A stretch of 64,000 bases of DNA from Rhodospirillaceae bacterium. Lineage in GTDB: Bacteria; Pseudomonadota; Alphaproteobacteria; Dongiales; Dongiaceae. The stretch lies in assembly GCA_034439975.1 (NCBI GenBank), contig JAWXBK010000110.1, forward strand, positions 18,818 through 82,817, in the 5' to 3' direction. The position numbers and the translations under genes are program-made. Shown piece by piece: positions 10,272-19,239 of this stretch (its first letter is position 1; each line of letters opens with the position of its first letter). The notes under the pieces are model-generated. The model saw nothing but the letters and a program-made list of their open reading frames with translations. It was not told the DNA's origin and made no database searches.

Positions 10272-11224
10272 GCCGTCATCCCTTCGCGCAGAAGGGCGAG
10301 ATAGGCATCCTGCAGGCCGCCGCTCACCGGCCCGAACGCAGCGACGGCAAGCCCGGCTTCGATCAGGCGGCGCAGCAACGCAGCCTCTTCGGCCGGACCG
10401 CCTTCGATGCCGAAACGCGCTTCGAGGCCGGCCAGCTCGACGATGCCGTTCGGATCGATCTCGGCGACGATCGCATCGAGACGTGCATCCGGCGCAACGA
10501 GGCGGATATGGAGCAATCGTCGCTGCCCGACGTCGGTGCCGGTCAGCGCGCGATGCTCGACCACGCGACCGTTATCGATCACCAGCATATGCGTCGAATA
10601 ATCCTCGAGCTCGGCGAGGATGTGCGACGAGACCACCAAGGTCATGCCGGCATCGCGCAGCTCGCGAAAAACCGCCGACAGAGAAACGCGCGCCGCGGGA
10701 TCGAGACCGGAGGCCGGCTCGTCGAGCATCACGAAGGGCGGCTCGTGAATGATGGTCTGGGCGATCGCAAGGCGCTGGCGCAGGCCGCGCGACAGCGTGC
10801 CGGCGCGATCGTTGAGCCGGTCGACGATGCCCATGCGCGCCGCGGCCCGCTCGATCGCCGCCGCGCGATGTGTTGAATCGATGCCGAGTGCGCGGGCGCG
10901 ATAATCGAGACAGCGCCGAACTGTCAGCTCGCGATAGAGGCCGAAGAAATCGGCCAAATAGCCCATGCGCTGATGCGCGCGACGGGGCGCCGCGTGCACA
11001 TCGATGCCGTCGACGATGACATGGCCCGCAGCAGGCAGCGCGAGAGCCGCGATGCAGTTGAGCAAGGTCGTCTTGCCGGCACCGTTCGGGCCGACCAGCG
11101 CCGTGATCGTGCCGCGCTCGATCGTCAGCGACACGTCGGCAAGCGCGCGGCGGCCCGGATAGTCGAAAACCAGATTCTCGACCGTTACCAGCGGGCCGAC
11201 AGCGTCGTGCGCAATGTCGCTCAC
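10268..11224 (-). CDS. ABC transporter ATP-binding protein
   Basis: Walker A GPNGAGKTT, signature LSRGLRQRL, Walker B VMLDEP. The start at 11224 is GTG. Confidence 0.9.
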   Translation of the reverse strand: MSDIAHDAVGPLVTVENLVFDYPGRRALADVSLTIERGTITALVGPNGAGKTTLLNCIAALALPAAGHVIVDGIDVHAAPRRAHQRMGYLADFFGLYRELTVRRCLDYRARALGIDSTHRAAAIERAAARMGIVDRLNDRAGTLSRGLRQRLAIAQTIIHEPPFVMLDEPASGLDPAARVSLSAVFRELRDAGMTLVVSSHILAELEDYSTHMLVIDNGRVVEHRALTGTDVGQRRLLHIRLVAPDARLDAIVAEIDPNGIVELAGLEARFGIEGGPAEEAALLRRLIEAGLAVAAFGPVSGGLQDAYLALLREGMTA

Positions 11225-11231
11225 GGTTGCA

Positions 11232-12275
11232 TCATCCCCCGCTGCGCGGTTCAGCCAACGGCTCGGGGCCGACGCGCACCATCATCTTGCCATGGTTGGC
11301 GCCGCGCAGCAGACGCATCAGCGCTTCGGGTGCGTTTTCGAGCCCGTCGACGATTTCCTCGCGGCTGTTGATCTTGCCGTCTCGATACCAATCGGCGAGC
11401 TGCGCCGCCGCTTCGCGGAAGCGCTCGATGTGATCGAGCACCAGAAACCCTTCCATGCGCGCGCGCTTGATCAGGAACTGCCGGTTCCAGCGCGGCCCCT
11501 CCGGCGTCGGATCGGACGGCTGGGCGATCGTGCCGCAGATCACCATCCGGGCGCCGACATTGAGATTCTCGACGACCGCATCGGCGATCGCGCCGCCGGT
11601 ATTGTCGAAGTAAATGTCGACGCCGTGCGGTGCCGCATTGTGAATCGTGCGCGGGAGATCGTCCACCGCCTTGTAGTTGATCGCCGCGTCGTAACCGAAC
11701 TCGGAAACGCAGAGCCCGACTTTGTCGGCATGGCCGGTCAAGCCGACCGTATGGCAGCCCAGCATCTTCGCGATCTGTCCGACGGTCGATCCGACGGCGC
11801 CGGCGGCGGTCGAGACCACGACCGTCTCACCCTCTTTCGGTTTGCCGATCTCCATCAGGCCGAGATAGGCGGTGACGCCGGTGAGACCAAGCAGCGACAG
11901 ATTGAGCGGCAGCGGACCGTGCGCGGGATCAGCCCGGCGCACGATGTCCGTGCCGTCCGAGATCGCCCATTCGCGCCAGCCCTGCCGGCCATAGACGAGC
12001 TCACCCGTCGCGAAATCCGGATGATTCGATGCGACGATTTCGCCCAGCGTGAAACCGGGCATGACCGCGCCGAGCGGCACCGGATCGCGATAGTTCGGCG
12101 CCTCGGCGATCCAGCCGCGCATCGCCGGATCGATCGAGAGATAGATGACGCGGATCAGCAGTTCGTTGGCGCCGGGCTGCGGCCGTTCGGCCGCCTCGAT
12201 GGCAAAGCAATCGACGTCGACGCCGGCGGCGCCGGGTCGCGCAACCAGCCTGATCTGTCGATTGGCCGCCGCCAT
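11232..12275 (-). CDS. NADP-dependent oxidoreductase, medium-chain dehydrogenase/reductase family
   Basis: Trimmed to the ATG at 12275, which is preceded by GGAGGA. Motifs: MAAANRQIRLVARP..., YLSIDPAMRGW, and the nucleotide fold STAAGAVGS. Confidence 0.85.
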   Translation of the reverse strand: MAAANRQIRLVARPGAAGVDVDCFAIEAAERPQPGANELLIRVIYLSIDPAMRGWIAEAPNYRDPVPLGAVMPGFTLGEIVASNHPDFATGELVYGRQGWREWAISDGTDIVRRADPAHGPLPLNLSLLGLTGVTAYLGLMEIGKPKEGETVVVSTAAGAVGSTVGQIAKMLGCHTVGLTGHADKVGLCVSEFGYDAAINYKAVDDLPRTIHNAAPHGVDIYFDNTGGAIADAVVENLNVGARMVICGTIAQPSDPTPEGPRWNRQFLIKRARMEGFLVLDHIERFREAAAQLADWYRDGKINSREEIVDGLENAPEALMRLLRGANHGKMMVRVGPEPLAEPRSGG

Positions 12276-12365
12276 GCGGATCCTCCGAGCGTCCATGCCT
12301 GCGCTCTCGTTTAGATCACGAAACAAGGATCGTCGTCCACCGGACGCGCTCTTCCGGGGACGCAC

Positions 12366-12398
12366 GAAAAAGGGGCGCGACCCGCAGGCCGCGCCCCT
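12366..12398 (-). terminator. Rho-independent terminator after gabD
   Basis: Minus strand reads aggggcgcggcctgcgggtcgcgcccct followed by ttttt. It lies about 38 nt after the gabD stop. Confidence 0.65.
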
Positions 12399-12435
12399 CT
12401 CTGAGATGTCGAAAACGCGATGGAAGCGCGACCGA

Positions 12436-13920
12436 TCAGATCCCGCCCATGCACAGATATTTGATTTCGAGGAAGTCATCCATGCCGTATTTCGAACCTT
12501 CGCGGCCAAAACCGGATTCCTTGATGCCGCCGAACGGCGCCACTTCGGTCGAGATGATGCCAGTGTTGATGCCGACGATGCCCGATTCGATCGCCTCGGC
12601 GACGCGCCACACGCGACCGAGATCGCGCGCATAGAAGTACGCGGCAAGGCCGAACTCGGTATCGTTCGCCATCGTGATCGCCTCGTCTTCGGTCTTGAAG
12701 CGGAAGAGCGGCGCGACCGGGCCGAATGTCTCTTCGCGCGCGACCGCCATCTTGTTCGTCACGTCGGCGAGCACGGTCGGCTGGTAGAACGTGCCGCCAA
12801 GATCGTGACGCTTGCCGCCGACGACGATGCGCGCGCCCTTGCCCACAGCGTCGGCCACATGTTCCTCGACCTTCTCGATGGCGCCGGTGTCGATCAGCGG
12901 ACCCTGATTGACGCCATCCTCGAGCCCGTTGCCGACCTTGAGCTTGCGCACCGCCGTCGCGAGCTTTTCGGCGAAGGCCTCGTAGACGCCGTCCTGCACG
13001 ATCAGGCGGTTGGCGCAGACGCAAGTCTGGCCGGTATTGCGGAACTTCGACATCATCGCGCCTTCGACCGCCGCATCGAGATCGGCATCGTCGAACACGA
13101 TGAACGGCGCGTTACCGCCGAGCTCCATCGAAACCTTCTTCACCGTATCGGCACATTGCTTGATCAGCAGCTTGCCGACCTCGGTCGAGCCGGTGAAGGA
13201 GAGCTTGCGCACGATCGGGTTCGAGGTCATCTCGCCGCCGATTTCCTTCGACGAGCCGGTGACGATGTTGATCACGCCCGGCGGGAAGCCGGCCCGCTCG
13301 GCGAGTTCGGCGAGCGCGAAGGCCGAAAAGGGTGTCATGGTTGCGGGCTTGATCACGACGGTGCAACCGGCGGCCAGCGCTGGCGCGCATTTGCGGGTGA
13401 TCATCGCGTTCGGGAAGTTCCACGGCGTGATGGCCGCCACGACGCCGATCGGCTGTTTGATCACGACGAGGCGCTTGTCGCCCTGATGCTGGGGAATGAC
13501 GTCGCCGTAGATGCGCTTTGCCTCTTCCGCAAACCATTCGATGAAGCTCGCGCCGTAGACCACCTCGCCGCGCGATTCCGCCAGCGGCTTGCCCTGTTCG
13601 GCCGTCATGAGGATCGCGAGATCCTCCTGGTTCTCGAGGATCAGGTTGAACCATTTGCGCAGCAGCCCGGCACGCTCCTTCGCGAGCATCTTGCGCCATT
13701 TTGGCCAGGCGGCGTTCGCTGCCTCGATCGCGGCGCGCGTTTCCTCGGTGCCCATCAGCGGCACCGTGCCGAGCACCTCGCCGGTCGCAGGGTTGGAGAC
13801 GTTGACCGTCTTGCCGGATTTCGCATCGGTCCACTTGCCGTTCACATAGGCCTGCTGCCGGAACAGGCTCCTGTCCTTGAGCGGCAAAGCGGCGGCAACG
13901 GATTTCACGGCCTGGTTCAT
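12436..13920 (-). CDS. gabD: Succinate-semialdehyde dehydrogenase (NAD(P)+)
   Basis: 494 aa, ATG at 13920. It has an aldehyde dehydrogenase fold with ELGGNAP and FRNTGQTCVCANR (catalytic Cys region). Confidence 0.9.
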   Translation of the reverse strand: MNQAVKSVAAALPLKDRSLFRQQAYVNGKWTDAKSGKTVNVSNPATGEVLGTVPLMGTEETRAAIEAANAAWPKWRKMLAKERAGLLRKWFNLILENQEDLAILMTAEQGKPLAESRGEVVYGASFIEWFAEEAKRIYGDVIPQHQGDKRLVVIKQPIGVVAAITPWNFPNAMITRKCAPALAAGCTVVIKPATMTPFSAFALAELAERAGFPPGVINIVTGSSKEIGGEMTSNPIVRKLSFTGSTEVGKLLIKQCADTVKKVSMELGGNAPFIVFDDADLDAAVEGAMMSKFRNTGQTCVCANRLIVQDGVYEAFAEKLATAVRKLKVGNGLEDGVNQGPLIDTGAIEKVEEHVADAVGKGARIVVGGKRHDLGGTFYQPTVLADVTNKMAVAREETFGPVAPLFRFKTEDEAITMANDTEFGLAAYFYARDLGRVWRVAEAIESGIVGINTGIISTEVAPFGGIKESGFGREGSKYGMDDFLEIKYLCMGGI

Positions 13921-14223
13921 CGCGGATGTCCTCGCTGGTTCTGCAATTCGACGTGTCGGTCGACGGGATTGGGCCGGACTATAGCGGCGCGCGCCGCGGT
14001 TTCAATCGCAACCGGGGTTGTTGGTAACGAGGGGGCAAGAAACGCGCGTCAGCCGGCGATCTTAATCTAACGTATATACGTTTAACGCGTAATATCGTGG
14101 AAAACCTGCACGCCATTGGGGTCGTTCCGGACCATCACCCATCACCCAAAGATCGGCGGCTTTACGAAGCCCACCGCGACGATCGGCCCCAGTTCTTCTT
14201 GGAAGATAGCGTCAGACAATTTT

Positions 14224-15570
14224 TTAGATCCCCATTACGTCGACTTCCGACATTCTTTCGTAAAGCACTGGCAGGTCCACCGATCGAATCCGAAACTGAC
14301 TTCGCCGTTTTACTAAAGGCCTCGGTCCGCGCTCGTTCTCAAGTTTTATCCCCGGATCATAATAAACCTGACCTGCCGCGAGAGCCCTAACAAACAGGTT
14401 GAAGTTTGTGTCCTCGGCTAACCGCACGACCCTCCCGTACCGATACTGTCGTTCTGGTTCGGTCCTAACCTCCCCGGGTACATACACGGCTTGAGCGTGC
14501 TTGCGATTCCAAATTTGAAGCAGAGCCGTAAAGCCCCAAGATGCAGCCACAGCACCTGAATGCGTGAACAGACATAACGATCCACCAGGATCGGTGATCT
14601 TTTGCGTCGCACAATCGAAACCAACCAGCGCAAGCGTTAGATTCGTAGTCAGATGTTGCTCGCCCGCTCTGTGGATTCCTCCAAAGTTTAGCCGATCTTC
14701 ACGGCCGCGCTGGTCCTTGTACCCAAACTCCCTGATAAAGGCCTCGACGCCGTTTTCCTTGTACATTCCACCTGTCGGTTCTGGCGTCATCAACGTGATT
14801 ACCTTCGAGGCAGGCGTACGTGCGAAATTTTTTACTTGGCTCGCCTTAACTTCCCAACCCTCGAAATCCGGTTCAGCCTTCCCATTGCGGGAGACACCAA
14901 GCTCAGCTTCAAGCGTATAACCAACGCACTGACCGCTCGCGCATGGGACAAACGTTCCATCCATCCTTAGAGCCCGGGAAGTGATCCAGTCCCGAATATG
15001 AATTCTGCGCAATTCGCTGAGAAGAATTCCCCGACTGGACGCTTCGCGAGCTTCAAGGGGCACACGCCGGAATACGCCGATTGATTCCAACGTCCCCAAT
15101 GCCGCAATGGCACGCGCGATTTGACTATCCGGACCGGCACACCAACCGATGATTCGGCGATCACCCGTAATTCCGAGCAACAAAAGCCGTCCCGGCATTC
15201 GCGTAGTCAGAAGAAATGAAGGGGCATTTTGTGCACCTCGAAGAAATCCCGAGCTACGAACCTCTGGGTACTGCGGATAAAGGATTAGTTGCGCGTACGG
15301 GGCAGGAGCACTTGTTCCGTCCGGTTGTAACCACTCCAGAGGAAGTGGCGCTTTCATGATTCGATTACCCTTGTCGGTCTCGTCCAGAGTGACGTTTCCC
15401 GACGGCAGGATGTTCGTTACCTCCATACTACCCGACAGGTAGAGTTGATTTTTTGAATTGTCGTTTGGAGCCAGCTCTTTTAGCAGCAGCCGTTTGACTC
15501 CGAGCGTTGCCAGCATATTCCGAAGCTGGTCAAGCGATAGGTTAGGTAAGGGCGCCTTCTTCGCCGCCAT
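14224..15570 (-). CDS. Type II restriction endonuclease, two-domain (EcoRII-N-like effector + MvaI/BcnI-like nuclease; UbaLAI-type architecture)
   Basis: 448 aa, ATG at 15570. The C-terminal half has EPDFEGWEVKAS (a PD..ExK-like motif) and RSQFRIRSVDLPVLY, which recall the MutH-like MvaI/BcnI nucleases. The N-terminal part (LKELAPNDNSKNQLYLSG ... RRIIGWCAGPDSQIARAIAALG) recalls EcoRII-N. Both matches are from memory. Confidence 0.65.
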   Translation of the reverse strand: MAAKKAPLPNLSLDQLRNMLATLGVKRLLLKELAPNDNSKNQLYLSGSMEVTNILPSGNVTLDETDKGNRIMKAPLPLEWLQPDGTSAPAPYAQLILYPQYPEVRSSGFLRGAQNAPSFLLTTRMPGRLLLLGITGDRRIIGWCAGPDSQIARAIAALGTLESIGVFRRVPLEAREASSRGILLSELRRIHIRDWITSRALRMDGTFVPCASGQCVGYTLEAELGVSRNGKAEPDFEGWEVKASQVKNFARTPASKVITLMTPEPTGGMYKENGVEAFIREFGYKDQRGREDRLNFGGIHRAGEQHLTTNLTLALVGFDCATQKITDPGGSLCLFTHSGAVAASWGFTALLQIWNRKHAQAVYVPGEVRTEPERQYRYGRVVRLAEDTNFNLFVRALAAGQVYYDPGIKLENERGPRPLVKRRSQFRIRSVDLPVLYERMSEVDVMGI

Positions 15571-15573
15571 TTT

Positions 15574-16059
15574 TCATTCTGTCCCGGAAATCACAAGGTT
15601 TCCGCTTCCATGCTTCAACCAATGTTTCGTTTGCCTGAGCACGTCCTTCAATTGACGTCGCGTACGGCCTTTAAGGGCGCACTCCCATATTGTACCAATC
15701 CGCCAACCATCGTTCGCTAGCTGCCAAATTGCCTTGCTATCCCGTTGAGCGTTTCCGGCGATCTTGTTACGCCAAAACTCCGTGCGAGTGCTGGGCATCT
15801 TGAAGAGGTGGCAATCGTGGCCATGCCAAAAGCAACCATGTACGAAAATTATAGCGCGCCATTTGGCAAGCACTATATCGGGTTGTCCCGGAAGGTTCCG
15901 AGCATGCAATCTGTAGCGAAAACCAAGGCGATGCAGTCCGGTACGGAGGAGGATTTCGGGCTTCGTATCCTTCCCCTTAATGCCGGACATCATCCGGCTG
16001 CGTGTCTCCCGATTAACGATATCAGGCAACCGCCCTTGTTTCCTTTCCGGTATCTGCAA
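15574..16059 (-). CDS. vsr: Very short patch repair endonuclease
   Basis: [19 protein letters not shown]...[25 protein letters not shown]...[10 protein letters not shown]...[12 protein letters not shown] closely parallels E. coli Vsr. The longest-ORF start at 16059 is TTG and overlaps the methyltransferase 3' end by 38 nt. An alternative TTG lies at 16029. Confidence 0.88.
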   Translation of the reverse strand: MQIPERKQGRLPDIVNRETRSRMMSGIKGKDTKPEILLRTGLHRLGFRYRLHARNLPGQPDIVLAKWRAIIFVHGCFWHGHDCHLFKMPSTRTEFWRNKIAGNAQRDSKAIWQLANDGWRIGTIWECALKGRTRRQLKDVLRQTKHWLKHGSGNLVISGTE

Positions 16060-17269
16060 AATCTACCGTCCTAACGCCACTGATCCACGGCGCCAAGTGC
16101 CTCGCCACTGCCTCTACAACTGGAACTACGACAGCATTGCCGAATTGCTTATATGCTTGTGTATCGGAAACGGGAATCAGGAACCGTGATCCACCTGGTT
16201 TCTCAAAACCCATAAGCCGTGCGCATTCTCGCGGAGTTAGACGCCGCGGGTTTTTACGCCCCCCTTGCCGGACAAGAATTTCGGAGCCGTCCTTATAATA
16301 TCTGGCTGAAAGCGTCCGCGCGATATCCTCTCTTCCGACGAGACCAAAGCCAAATCCATTCCCTTTCGCACGATGCTTCTCAGCATACTCTTGAAGGTAG
16401 CCCCACAAATGATTGGACAGTGTGTACTTCGATAGAACACGACCATTACCTAGCTCGATATATCGGAGATCTGCATTCTCGCTTCCGTCCTCAGGATGAA
16501 GAATCGTCGCGAGCCGCGGTCCTTGAGTTGGATCAGGTAGCGTCAAATCATCGAACGAAAATTTGTTGGATTTTCGAAAGCCAACAATAAGAATCCGCTC
16601 GCGATGTTGCGGAACAAAAGATCGTGCATCAATGACGCGTGTGTGAATGTGATAACCCAGATCCACACTAAGGGAACGGCGAATCACTTCAAACGTACGG
16701 CCCTTATCATGGCTCAACAGATTCTTGACGTTTTCGAGTACAAAGACCTTAGGACGGTGATGCTCAATTATTCGTGCTACATCAAAAAAAAGTGTGCCTT
16801 GCGCTTCGCAGAGAAAGCCGTGCGGCCGATGCAATGCATTCTTTTTTGATACTCCGGCGATGGAAAACGGCTGGCAAGGAAAGCCGGCGAGAAGCACATC
16901 ATGCTGAGGAATCTGGTCCGCAGAAATCTTCGTGATATCTCCGGCTACATCGTGATCGCAACGATAGTTCGCGCGATAGGTCTCAACGCAGAACCGATCC
17001 CATTCCGATGTAAAGACGCAGGTTCCGCCAATTGGCTCGAATGCCCTGCGAAGCCCGCCAATCCCAGCAAACAAATCAATGAATGTGAAAGCGCTACTCG
17101 CTTTAGGCTTCGAAAGCGCGACCTTTCGGAGAATTTCCAACGCAGCTTTGCGGGGCAATCCTTCACCGGTTTCCCAACGATAAATGGTGCGTTCGCAGTA
17201 GCCCAGCGCTTGGACGGCCTCTGCAATCGAGAGCCCCGCTTCTTGTCTCAGCTTAGAAAATTCAGTCAT
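16022..17269 (-). CDS. DNA (cytosine-5)-methyltransferase with N-terminal HTH domain
   Basis: The ATG at 17269 is preferred; the track start at 17323 is TTG. The N-terminus is XRE-like ([25 protein letters not shown]). Next come FAGIGG (motif I), GFPCQPFS (motif IV), ENVKNL (motif VI) and QFGNAV (motif X). Confidence 0.92.
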   Translation of the reverse strand: MTEFSKLRQEAGLSIAEAVQALGYCERTIYRWETGEGLPRKAALEILRKVALSKPKASSAFTFIDLFAGIGGLRRAFEPIGGTCVFTSEWDRFCVETYRANYRCDHDVAGDITKISADQIPQHDVLLAGFPCQPFSIAGVSKKNALHRPHGFLCEAQGTLFFDVARIIEHHRPKVFVLENVKNLLSHDKGRTFEVIRRSLSVDLGYHIHTRVIDARSFVPQHRERILIVGFRKSNKFSFDDLTLPDPTQGPRLATILHPEDGSENADLRYIELGNGRVLSKYTLSNHLWGYLQEYAEKHRAKGNGFGFGLVGREDIARTLSARYYKDGSEILVRQGGRKNPRRLTPRECARLMGFEKPGGSRFLIPVSDTQAYKQFGNAVVVPVVEAVARHLAPWISGVRTVDFADTGKETRAVA

Positions 17270-17414
17270 CAGTCCCCCCGATTCGCTGGGAATCATTCTG
17301 CCATTATTGCAAAAGAACAACAAGGGAACATTAACACATCTAAAAGAGGAACTATATTTAATTAATACAATAAATGTTGGCAGTTTTGGTTAGGGATTCC
17401 CTCACATCCCGCCC

Positions 17415-19235
17415 CTACTCCACCGTCACGGCCTTGGCGAGATTGCGCGGCTGGTCGAGGTCGGTGCCCTTGGCAACCGCGGCATGATAGGCGAGAAGCT
17501 GCACCGGAATTGCATAGAGGATCGGCGCAACAAAGGGATCGCAGTCCGGCAGCGTGACGGATGATTCGGCGGCTTTGCCGATGCGCTTCACGCCCCGCGC
17601 GTCGGAGAACAGGATGACGCGGCCGCCGCGCGCCGCGACTTCCTGGACGTTCGAGGCGGTCTTGTCGAAGACGCCGTCCGAGGGTGCGGCCACGATCACC
17701 GGCACGTTTTCGTCGATCAGCGCGATCGGTCCGTGCTTCATCTCGCCGGCGGCATAGCCTTCAGCGTGGATGTAGGAAATTTCCTTGAGCTTGAGCGCGC
17801 CCTCGAGCGCGATCGGATAAGACGTACCGCGCCCGATGAACAGCACGTCACGCGCCTCGGAGACGCGGTGTGCTATCTTCTGGATGGCACCGTCGTGATT
17901 CATGACCTCCGCCGCCTTGGCCGGCACTTCCATCAGAGCATGGGTCAGTTCGGCCTCGCGCGCTTCGTCGATGGCGCCCCGTGCCCGGGCCGCCGCGATG
18001 GCGAGACAGGCCAGCACGGTCAGCTGTGTCGTGAAGGCCTTGGTCGAGGCGACGCCGATCTCGGGCCCGGCCAAAGTCGGCAGCACCGCATCGGATTCAC
18101 GCGCGATGGCACTCTCGGGCATGTTGACGACGGAGAGAATGATCTGGCCCTGCTCGCGCGCATAGCGCAGCGCCGCGAGCGTATCGACGGTCTCGCCCGA
18201 TTGAGAGATGCAGATGGTCACGCCGCCCTTGGGCATCGGCGCCGCGCGATAGCGAAACTCCGATCCGATATCCACCTCGACCGGCAGCCGCGCCACCTGC
18301 TCGAACCAGTATTTCGCGACCAGTCCGGCGATGTACGCAGTGCCACAGGCAACGATGGTGACGCGCGGCACGGCGGCGAAATCGAACGGCAGATCAGGCA
18401 GCGTCACCTTGCGCGCCAGCGGATTGAGGAAAGCCTGCAGCGTGTCGCCGATGACCGAGGGCTGCTCGTGGATCTCCTTGAGCATGAAATGCGGGTAGTT
18501 GCCTTTGCCGACTTCGGCGCCGCTCAATGCGCTTTGGGTGACCGGCCGCTCGACGCGCCGGCCGTTGTTCCATATCTCGACGCCGTCCGGCGAGAGCGCG
18601 AACCAGTCATCCTCTTCAAGATAGCAAAGCTGCCGGGTGAACGAGGACAGCGCCAGCGCATCCGAACCGAGGAACATCTCGCCGTCGCCAAACCCGATCG
18701 CCAGCGGGCTGCCGCGGCGGGCGCCCAGCATCAGATCGCTGCGGCCGGCAACGATGATTGCCAGCGCAAAGGCGCCCTGCAGCCGGCCCATCGCATATTC
18801 CATCGCCTGCTGCGGCGTGCGCTGTTGTTCGAGCTGGCGGGTGAGCAGGTGTGCTACGACCTCAGTATCGGTCTCGGTGACGAAGCGGCAGCCTTCCGCC
18901 TCGAGCTCTTCGCGCAGCTCCTGGAAATTCTCGATGATGCCGTTATGAACAACGGCTACGCGCGATGTTGCGTGCGGATGGGCGTTGACTTCGGATGGCC
19001 GGCCGTGTGTCGCCCAGCGCGTATGGCCGATGCCGGTCTCGCCAGCCAGCGGTTCGCGCGCGAGCAGCGCATCGAGATTGGCGATCTTACCCTCGGCGCG
19101 GCGGCGTTCGATATGGCCGTTCACGAGCGTCGCCATGCCGGCCGAATCGTAGCCGCGATATTCCAGCCGCTTCAGCGCCTGGAGCAGCAGCGGGGCGACC
19201 GGCGCTTTGCCGACGATGCCGATGATGCCGCACAT
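17415..19235 (-). CDS. glmS: Glutamine--fructose-6-phosphate aminotransferase
   Basis: Trimmed to the ATG at 19235 (MCGIIGIVGK, with the N-terminal catalytic Cys). The C-terminus is ...NLAKAVTVE. 606 aa. Confidence 0.95.
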   Translation of the reverse strand: MCGIIGIVGKAPVAPLLLQALKRLEYRGYDSAGMATLVNGHIERRRAEGKIANLDALLAREPLAGETGIGHTRWATHGRPSEVNAHPHATSRVAVVHNGIIENFQELREELEAEGCRFVTETDTEVVAHLLTRQLEQQRTPQQAMEYAMGRLQGAFALAIIVAGRSDLMLGARRGSPLAIGFGDGEMFLGSDALALSSFTRQLCYLEEDDWFALSPDGVEIWNNGRRVERPVTQSALSGAEVGKGNYPHFMLKEIHEQPSVIGDTLQAFLNPLARKVTLPDLPFDFAAVPRVTIVACGTAYIAGLVAKYWFEQVARLPVEVDIGSEFRYRAAPMPKGGVTICISQSGETVDTLAALRYAREQGQIILSVVNMPESAIARESDAVLPTLAGPEIGVASTKAFTTQLTVLACLAIAAARARGAIDEAREAELTHALMEVPAKAAEVMNHDGAIQKIAHRVSEARDVLFIGRGTSYPIALEGALKLKEISYIHAEGYAAGEMKHGPIALIDENVPVIVAAPSDGVFDKTASNVQEVAARGGRVILFSDARGVKRIGKAAESSVTLPDCDPFVAPILYAIPVQLLAYHAAVAKGTDLDQPRNLAKAVTVE

Positions 19236-19239
19236 CGGA

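Larger units (their letters stand above)
14050..17414. other. AT-richer genomic island carrying a type II R-M system plus vsr, located 3' of glmS
   Basis: By eye the composition is clearly lower in GC than both flanks (not computed). It holds three co-oriented genes. Both intergenic flanks are AT-rich (ttaatctaacgtatatacgtttaacg at about 14060; tatatttaattaatacaataaatg at about 17350). Confidence 0.6.

Noticed and set aside
14097-14390. A 97-aa plus-strand ORF in the left flank of the R-M island, considered as a possible controller or extra island gene.
   Set aside because: Most of it is antisense to the 3' end of the endonuclease gene. It has no RBS and no HTH-like segment.
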